Assembly: GCA_032718475.1 (NCBI GenBank)
Contig: JAUCBJ010009104.1
Span: forward strand, 1-64,000
DNA length: 64,000 bases
Origin: Nemertoderma westbladi
Taxonomy: Eukaryota; Animalia; Xenacoelomorpha
Direction of reading: 5' to 3'
In this document: piece by piece, positions 26,931-36,123 of the stretch
Position numbering within the stretch: the first letter of the stretch is position 1
Layout: every line of letters begins with the position of its first letter
Program-made: the position numbers and the translations under genes
The notes under the pieces: model-generated
What the model was told of the DNA's origin: nothing
Database searches by the model: none
The model's input: the letters and a program-made list of their open reading frames with translations, nothing else

Positions 26931-28468
26931 GTGGCCACAGCAATCACAGCTCAAGGAAAATACTTGATTTACCATCTACAGGTAAACGTGGGACTAAGGT
27001 TAGGAAGCTTACGAGTTCACAGGAACACACTAGTACTGTAGAGTTGAAACCGTTACAGCCAGTCAATTCACTGGGTGCGGACAGTAAAGGTAAGACCGTG
27101 GAGATTAAAATACTTGAGGACTCAGACAAACCTATTGCACAAAGGGAGACACTCACCGGAAGGCCCGAGGGCCTACCAAGTCCGAACAAGTATTCACACT
27201 TTGACTATACCTTACCTGATGACATCACTAACACTTACATTGACAGGATAGTAAACCTAACTAGATCATGAACTGATGTGTGCCGCAAGTTAGCATGGCT
27301 CAAACGTTTGAGACAATATGCCAGAGGCAAACGTGACTTTCCTAGAAGACTTACCTTGGAGGAAGTTGGTCTTTGTGAAGTTGGAAGTTGGTCTTTGATT
27401 AGACATTATCAATTGCGATATTTCGCACGAGAGTTCACAGCGATCAATCAGGGTAAACAGATCAAGTCTTCACCGATCTTGAGTTGGAGTCCGATAATCT
27501 ATACGGGCTTACTTTGTCACAAGTCCAGACTCCAAAACATTGACTTTGCACTTGACTTTAGGTATTTGACTATCATCATACCGCAAAACCATGAGTTGAC
27601 ACAGGAGAAACGGAAAGCCTTAAGCCTGTATAGGGCGTACAAGGCATACGAGAAAGGTGAGATCGAGGAGTTTGGCGGAAGGCTTGCGAGACTACCATTC
27701 TATTGGATATCCTATGATCAATCCGAACCCAAGGAGTGGGTTTCCTCCCATCAGTAACGTTTGACGATGTGTTAGAGTTTGTGGAGTTGCGTTCAGAAAA
27801 TCGTACGCAACTTGCCTCCACATATTACCGACTTCAAAGAAGTTGATCACGCCCGACGGACGTGCGAGACGGTGGTCGTTTCATTTCCCAGTATTCTAGA
27901 ACCGCAGGCAACTCGAAGTAGGAGCCCAAGCCCAGTTAGAAGTCACTGATTAATCGTATAAAAGGGTGAAGGCATTGAGGAGCGAACGTTAGAGAGCGAG
28001 ATTATGGAGAAAGGAAGGCTTGCGAGCCTACCGTTAGCAATCAGTGCTCAGGAGAAGATAACCAGACCAGTAGGATGAACTATTGAGCTCATCAGGAGGA
28101 CACTTTAAGACTTATTTGGAAATTATTAGCGCATTATGTTGTTTATATTTAGACTGATTTAATTTGGAGAATTTATTATGTATATTTGTAATATATGAGA
28201 GATTATTGAGATGTTTGAAATTATTTGTTCTGATTTGTTTAATTTGATAACCGAAAGCCCTCTTTTGTATTTTATGCACTAAAGTTGACTAGTAAATTTG
28301 TATTTTGTATGTATGATGGATTGTATTTACGCCGTACCTGCAATATTAAGTATGCAATAGATAGACAGTGATTATTTTGTATTTTAGGCCCCACTATTAG
28401 ACCCAAGAGATATTTAGTCAATAGTTTGTATTTCGATTGGTGAAAACAGTCTTACTTACTGTTTTCAT

Positions 28469-28475
28469 GGAGCGG
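28469..28475 (+). promoter_or_regulatory. Polypurine tract of BEL-A (GGAGCGG)
   Basis: Abuts TG of the 3' LTR; same as the BEL-B PPT. Confidence 0.7.
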
Positions 28476-30590
28476 TGATGGATTATTTCACTATTAAGTA
28501 GCATTTGTAGTGTAATGTAAAAACTTTCTAAAATCCGACGTTTTTTGATTAAATTACAGTAACGTAATATGCCTATTCATATTGGTACACATTAATACAT
28601 AGGTGACTCTATTGGCGTAGTGGTCAGATGGTTAAGGCATTGGTTACATTACAGGTAGGTTACGAGTTCGAATCCCAGTCGGGAAATTTGCATTTTGGGC
28701 TATTTATTTTTCGATCTGATTTGATTAGATAAGCCAATGAGGTGTGTATAACATGTGGAACGATGAGCTGGGCCAATAATTGGGCATAGAACATCTTATT
28801 GCTCCAATGTGAGGCCATGGAATGCTCTGGAAGGTTCTAGTGAATTCTATGTCCCAGATTTGCTATATAAGGGCCGGTTTGCCTTCGGTTATCACCTTAT
28901 CTTCACATTACCTAGATTTAGATTTGTTACTTTCTTGTTAAATCTTACATAAATTTGTTTGATAAATCTTTTGTAAATTACGCAAATATACTGTAAACTT
29001 TGAACATATATATTTCATCTTGTCCACCTTTGGGACAGCCAAACATTTGGGAGATGGCGCCTAAACCATTAGGCCATCAGCAACGCAGGGAAAGATGTCC
29101 ACAACACGCTAAGCGCCCACATTAGATTTGTCCACGCGCCCGTTCGAAGCATGCCCCCTTGCCATACAGCGCACACTTCGGAGGAAGGTAAGACTTTGTT
29201 TGACGCCCTTGCCCGCAGTAAGACCTATAGATCAGGGTAAGCGTGACGTGATGCTGTCCTGGGACGCCGTAAAATTTAGGATCGAATATTTTAGACTTAG
29301 ACAGGAGCAAACAAGCAAAATCCCCGGATTAACCTGTATCTCCTACAGGTGTGAACTATTGCTCTTCGTCAGTACGCGCAAGTACACTTTAGGTGCAGAC
29401 AGCACAAGTTCCATAATTTGGTGATTTGCAGTACTGACAGCTCTGTACCGGTTCACTTTGTAGTTTATACATTTGCCCGCCCCTGTCTGAGCCCGAAATA
29501 TTTGATCAGGCAAGGAGCAGCTTTCTGCTACCGGCACATGCTTGACCTAGGGAGGTTACTAATATACTACCGCGCCTTGCCACGTACTGATAGGTATTGC
29601 TGCTCACCACCGCAGCAACAAAATTCTAGAATCAAATTTGTATACCAGATCAGCTAACGTACGGTAGCAATTAACAAGTATTTCTTATCTTACAACCATC
29701 ATCTGGTATTTGTGCCGATCACGGGTGTAGTTACTAACACCGTAATTGCCCGGTTGAGTTGTGGATAGGAAGGAGAGAGCTTTGATGTAATTTTGTAAGT
29801 ATTACGCCCTACAGAGCGCGACTAGCTTATTTTAGTACTGTAGCTAGCACCCGGTATTGTTTTTGGTCAGAAATCACCAAAACCTAGTACGACGGTGATA
29901 CACCAAAATTGTTTTATTCGTAACACACACACACTCCCTAAAACATATATACTCCCCTTCGAGACCTGCTAGCTTCTAGCTTACTTTAGGTTACCTTTCA
30001 ATAGGAAATTTTTCTGCAGTTCTACCATTCGTATTTGTAATTTTAGGAGATATTTAGTATTTAGTTTTACGGCAAGTATTTTAGATGGCATGCACCCTTT
30101 TGACTGCTTTGCCCCTGTCAGCAGTATCGTTACTTTAGGTACTAACCCCCTTTGACTGCTACCGCTTGTTAGTAGTATTGTTACGCTAGTCTGTTAATCC
30201 ACTAGCTCGTATATAAGTAAGTCGCAGCGCGGCAAGTTTACGGTATTTAGGTCCGTTAACGATAGTTAGGATTCGCTGCGCGGGGATTGTTTTCCCATGA
30301 GTTTGGTCTGTCACCATAGACTGTACATCTGCCTCACCGGTTAGAGGCCGGGTATCCTGTTTTGTCTAGTTCGCCCGGGCATTTGACTCGCCCACGTATT
30401 AGAATAGACACCAGGCTCCGTTCCTCGCCAGTAGTAGTTTGCGTATTTAGTATCTGTTTATTTAGACACCCTGGACTGGGATTTATTGTCAGATACTGTA
30501 CGAGCCCGTATACCAGTATACACTATTAGATCTTACAGTAAGATACATCGTTACTAGGATCCGGTAAGCGGTATACTACTGAACTTTTCA
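28476..30590 (+). repeat. BEL-A 3' LTR (2115 bp, TGA...TCA)
   Basis: Starts after the PPT, ends where homology to the 5' LTR ends; TATATAA at 28864-28870; tRNA-like cassette at 28605-28683. Confidence 0.88.
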
Positions 30591-30789
30591 AATGAGCTAT
30601 CTGGAAAAATATGGTGTTTACACTTTACAGTAAGAACTGTAATGGTCAAGATATATGTACTGGTTATTTGTACATGATATAGATTCCACTTCCAATAAAA
30701 AATATAAAAGTTTTCTTCCGCCATTAGGCCAGGGATTACACACAAAGTCTGACGACTTATTTCCGCAGCTGCCCCCCCCCCCCCCCCCC

Positions 30790-30935
30790 AGAACTATTCT
30801 CCCCAGTACTCATTTAGCTACCATTTAAGGGTGCAAGGCAGAGAGATGCGTAGTAGCCTGGGTAGTCTCTTTAAATCATTCGTATCGAAACGAAAACTGC
30901 CCTCGGACTCATGCGGGGATCGATCCCAAGACCTC
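30790..30935 (-). mobile_element. Probable tRNA-derived SINE remnant
   Basis: Minus strand reads AGAGGTCTTGGGATCGATCCCC (B-box-like) followed by TAAATGAGTACTGGGG, typical of SINE central domains; A box absent. Confidence 0.4.
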
Positions 30936-32559
30936 TGGAGAGAGGAATTTGGATTTTATTTATATATGCTGAAGGCATATATGAACTTAAAGCAATAAAT
31001 CTTCATCCCTCTCCAGGGGCAATTCGACGCAAATAACAGCTGATTACTCTCAAAAATAAAACTGTAACCTGATTTATTGTGTTTAGTTTATTGTTTTGGT
31101 TAAAATATCTTGCCAGTGTAACCGGCTCCTTTCCCTAAATTGAGACTTTAACATTGAGGCGGGATATTAATTCGCCAAGATGGGCTTTGCGTCCAGCCCC
31201 CCCCCCCCCCCCCCCCCTGTCTCACCGAATTACGTCTATTCCATCACATAGCGTACTAGTATGTTAAGCCTGTTTGTAACTAAGATAGGTTTGAGAGTTG
31301 CCCAGTATCCTGGATTCCATTTACTTTTTATTATTGAGCAGATGGTTTGGATTTACAGTCACCATAAATTTAAGATACACCAATGTTTTAATCAAAATCG
31401 CTAGATTTTTATGTGCATTACTACTTTAATCTGAAACTGTGGAAATAATGTGTGGTAATAACAAGGCTTTATGGTTTTGCTTTTGGTGTTTGTAGATGGC
31501 CTTCGAATGTCATCGAAAGTAATAGATGTGCAAATATCAGGATTATTTAGGATTCAAACTTGAAGTGATTCATACTTGAATCTAAATAATGTGAATATAC
31601 TGAAAGAAAAGCAGTTCATGTGGATTATAATAAATTGGCAGACTGACGGTATGCGATAAGCTGTTTGTATTTTTCATGTCTTGTTAATCTTTCGATGTTG
31701 ACAAAAAATTTAATTACGGTACCGGTATAGTAGGTGTTTCTTCAAGGTTGTATATCATTTGCTTTCAAACATTGCTTACAATGATCACTATAGTCTATAG
31801 TTCATTGTTTAATTCTATTTACATAATGTTTACAGCCCATAATTTTGCATGTAAAATAAACTAAATTTGCTTCAACGTTTCCTCTTTCAATTCTGTAGCA
31901 GTTTTGATGTGACAATTGTATTGTGACATTTTCATTGTATAATGTACTGCATTTTATGAAGTCATTACTCCTGCATCAAAAGAATCAACAGATTCGATAT
32001 CTCCTCTTTTCCGACTAATAATGCATCTTATATGTAATTCAATCTCAGCTGTCGCCACAGGCTAGTGGATTAGTCTTGTGCTACTTCCACAGGTACTTGA
32101 AGCTATCTCATGACTAACAAACAAGCCGTGCAATCAAACCATGTGGTTAATATGATCACTAATCACATAAGTTAGGATAATGTTTCCTACATAAATAGAA
32201 TTTAGAGCAGCAAATTGTATTTGAGAGGAGATCAGAGAGATTTGCAAATCATATCACTGCATATCAAACTTTCCTATCTAAATGGAATTTAGATTAACCT
32301 TTATGTGAATTGGAGATCAGGGATTGATGTTGTGGATATTTCCTTCGCATACCAATGAGTTTAATGGGATAGAAATTACTCCCAAAGGGTTAAAACCATG
32401 GAATACTAAGTACATATACCGTTCTAGTTTAACATTATTATATTACTAGTAGTTTCCCAAGGTGTTTGAGTTCGTCTGAAGTTTAGGGAATTTTGAGGCA
32501 CCCGTCCCGAACGGATGTTACTGGAGGCCACGGCATGTCAGTTTTTTCGGGACATGGTG

Positions 32560-32733
32560 TTATGTATGCATGTATGGTGCTGCAATCGCAGTTGGACATG
32601 GCCATATCACACATAAAGGCTGAATGCAGTAGGATAATGGAGATGTTGGTTGGATGACCTTTGACAGACTGAGTGAACAGAACAAATCTGTTATTTTCTG
32701 GACATTGCAGGAGAGAGTTGCCTAGGATGTCAG
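32560..32733 (+). mobile_element. Old LINE RT relic, left part (split by hAT MITE)
   Basis: Joined across the TSD it reads GCQ|IGQAWLGAIIYTD, a degenerate GC.IG....GA..YADD RT motif. Confidence 0.5.
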
Positions 32734-33098
32734 CAGGGATCGTACGGTAGTAAATTTTTGCGGTAGCGGTAACGGTATGGCTTTGTGGTAGCGGTATTTA
32801 CCGTGGTAGCGGTAGTTGCGGTATCAAACAATTTAGCTGGATTAATGAAGTTAGATGCTCACTTTTTGACGACTTTTTTTTAAATTGTGGCGTTTATTTT
32901 TGTTAAATTGTTTTCTTGAATTAATAAATTTTAATTTCTTTTTGTTTTTGTTGACAGAAAATACGCTACAATTCGAATCAATTTTTCATATATAATGTAT
33001 AACTGCTGTAATGATGGGTGAAGGTTATTTTGCATATTTTTCCATATTTGCATAAGGTTATTCTTGATTTTTGAAGGTATAAAAAAAGGAAACAATAT

Positions 33099-34240
33099 TG
33101 TAAAAGCTTTTGCGGATATAACAAGTAATTTTTCTCCGCAATGTACTGTGTAGGTGTTTTAGCGGACATAACAAGCCATTTTCTCCACAGTGTACCGTGT
33201 AAGTGCTTTAGCGGACATAATAAGCCATTTTCTGCCGCAATGCGCCTAATACTCTAAAAGACTGGAACTCAGATGACGAAATCTGTCAGCTGATTTACTG
33301 TCAATGTGGAACCTCTCTTTGTTCAGCTCGCTCAGCCAATCAGAGCGATTTTCATTTTATCTTGTACAGAGGCCTACGGAAAACCGCGCAATGCATTATG
33401 GTTTTTGTTTACCTTTCTGAGCCTCAGAACATCGGCTTAGAAATTCTTCTGTGCTTCTGTAGAAGTTTCAGACTTTGGCAAACATTAGATGGCTTTGATT
33501 ATAAGAACGTAAATCTATTATCAAACCTGGCAAATCACACCAAACCATACCAAACTGCATTATTTTACTTCTGTTTACTGTCTGTTATTAATTGTTATAT
33601 GTTGATGGATATGTTGTTATATTTGAAGAATACCGATAAATAATCATAAAACCCCAATCTTCTTGATTACTGAAGGTAAGATGGACCGGTTACCTGTAGC
33701 AATTGCGACTTACATTATAGTGGTTTTAGTGTGAATTAAATGCTATTTCATAATCCCTACATGTGTCAGTTACTATCCTCCTTATATATGGTCAAATTCA
33801 GTGACGGTCGGCAGATCAGTGTGCAGCAGTGTGAAGTCGTATGCAGTAGTGTGACAGATAATAAAGCATCTCCTAAAGAATGCGCTATTTACGAAAATCA
33901 GTAGCCATCTCGTTGTGTTTAGTATAAGTCATAACTCTGTTTTTATACTTAAAGCGCCACGTCCTAAAGGAACTGTTAATATTTCCCTGAAAGTGAATAA
34001 TATTGTCAGAGATTATATAGTAACGATCGATCGAATAATACCGTAGGTCTGCACCGCAATCCCTTCAAAGCATCCGAATCCAGTCTCCCTTAACTGTTGG
34101 TGAATGATCGCGCATAGACTGGCTTCGGCTAATGTTATTTCATGTGCACTAAATACTTGTCATAGGCTAAAGTCGATTTATAAACAAGAGGACACCTAAA
34201 ATTGGCAGGTTAAACTGCTAAAGGTCTGAAAGCGCGAACA
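33099..34240 (+). repeat. BEL-B 5' LTR
   Basis: Matches 49723-50864; U3 starts with ~2.5 copies of a ~48-bp repeat (33113-33243). Confidence 0.97.
33783..33865 (+). promoter_or_regulatory. Putative LTR core promoter and poly(A) signal
   Basis: TATATA at 33783, TCAGT initiator at 33816-33820, AATAAA at 33860-33865; CCAAT box near 33336. Confidence 0.55.
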
Positions 34241-35726
34241 GTAATAGATTTTAGTTTCTGATTGCACGTAGGCAATAAATTCGAATGTACCGGTCGGACG
34301 GTAACCTGTAGGCCTAACTACCTAATCACCCGAACCGGTACTTACCGGTACCAGTATTATTTCGATTGTGATATTGTATATTGGTAGGCTGTTTAAGAGA
34401 TTAGGGACTGTACACCCCTTGTTTCTTTTAGAGCTTATTTATTTCTGTCAGTTTTATTTATCTGTAAGTGTAATATTGAGCAGAAGGCGTGTAAGCCCGC
34501 TCAAATTGTACAAATAATTTGTAGGCTGGATTGTTGTCTGACTGTTGTTAAGTCTGAAGCGATTGCAGTGTGTGTAGAGTGTATGTCCGATAAAGTACTA
34601 GTTAGGAAGGTGGGGGCATCCAGTGCTGTAAGGTAAATCCCCCCCCGAAAGAATAAGTCGTACTACTCGGTTGGAACGCCTACTAACTAACCATTTCGGA
34701 GTCTGCATATACTGTAGTTTATTTAGGCTTGATAGTAGTTTGCCAGCGTTTGGTCTGTATTTTGTTTGTGTAGTCTGCACGGGTAGCGTATTTATTTATT
34801 ATTCAGAGTCTATGCGAGTATTCGCAACTTACATACCCCTAAGTTTATTCCTACAGTAATTGTGCTTGTTATACATACCGTTATAGTTAAATTAACCCCG
34901 GTACTACATCAGGGCTGCTTGGCGTAGGTAAAGACTGGTGATTTTATGCTCTAGTCACTCCAGCAGATACCATGGTTCTTTTAGCTGTACAAGTATATTT
35001 AACTGCTGGTTATTTGTTGTATAAGTACTTGTACCTAATTTAGGGTTTAGTGTACAGTACTTTCCGAGTGTGTAGGCAGTATATTTGTGTTGTAAAGTGG
35101 TTAATAAGCACGTTAGCTCTGGTTGGCTGCGGTAATTAACTTCTAGGTAACGTACATAACGTAGTACTAGCTGTAGAGCTAAAGACTTTAAGTCGTCAGA
35201 TGGTGGTATTTTCTTATCTGGACAATGCAATATATTTACTACTGCTTAATTATTTCAAATACCGTAGTATCCTGTCCGTTTGTAATAACCAGAAATTCTA
35301 ACCCCTTGTTAGGCTGGTTTGTAGATTTCCTGTAAAATTACCCTAAAATTTGTACGTGTAACTTTTGGTGTTTATTTAGAAATTGTAATCCTACACAGTA
35401 ATTGTATGTAATTTGTAGTAATAAGTAACTTAGTAAAGTAGAATTATTCGTTTTAGTATCCAACAAGTAGCACTTCACTGAGAGCGTTCAGCTTCTGTGC
35501 AGTGGCTCCTTACCCAGAAATAATAACATTTATTTCAAATATTGTCAAAACCCTTGTACGGGTACATAATATATTATAAATCAACTCAAACCGATTTATA
35601 AACTAGTAGGCCTGTTATACATCAATTAGGTGTTAATATCAGTTGGACTACTGCTTAATAACAGTAATAAAGTAAAGGAAAGTAACCCTAAAATTCAGAA
35701 ATTTAGGCATCATAAAATAATTGACA

Positions 35727-35990
35727 TTACCGGTATTTACGATAGGCTTATTATATTTATTTCTATAAATTTAAGCTGAAATTATATACCGGTATTCTGT
35801 AATTAATCCTAGTCTATAATCATACTTATATATACTATAAGTGTATGCTGTATACCGGTATTTATAGCAGGCTCATTATATATATTTATATAAATTTATG
35901 CTGAAATTATATACCGGTATTCTGTGACTAATCAATCCTAGTCTGTAATAATACTTATATATATACTATAAGTGTATACCGGTATTCTAA
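35727..35990 (+). repeat. ~125-bp tandem duplication with recurrent TACCGGTA in the BEL-B leader
   Basis: TACCGGTATT five times; two aligned units. Confidence 0.75.
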
Positions 35991-36123
35991 TATATTATAT
36001 ATATATCACGTTACACTGAGTAACAGTATCGGTAATTAATTACTAGGCTTATAGTTGTTACTGAATTACTAGACTTACTTTAACTGTCGTTATAGTAGTG
36101 GGCATTTAACTGTACAATCAAAC

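Larger units (their letters stand above)
21490..27600 (+). pseudogene. BEL-A gag-pol (gag core, Zn knuckles, protease, RT, RNase H, start of integrase; integrase core deleted)
   Basis: PPKLSGN..W; CPYC..H...C, GHVRKDC, CPLCGHNHNALLH; YAILGSAS (protease, D>G); ORF 24765-26483 RT/RNase H; RKLAWLKR..LIRHYQ..IIPQNHELT with no HHCC/DDE after it. Confidence 0.9.
3791..30590 (+). mobile_element. BEL/Pao LTR retrotransposon A (decayed, multiply interrupted, spans assembly gap)
   Basis: Matching LTR sequence at 3791-3997/8252-9741 and 28476-30590; gag with three Zn knuckles, protease, RT (FYVDDGL) and Pao-type RNase H (LHSFSDAS, VPRGEL, YWTD, WHHCPGKLNSA) in BEL order. Continuity across the N gap is assumed. 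Confidence 0.85.

Noticed and set aside
33362-33643. 93-aa ORF in both BEL-B LTRs
   Set aside because: Non-ATG start, no motif, duplicated only because the LTRs are duplicated.
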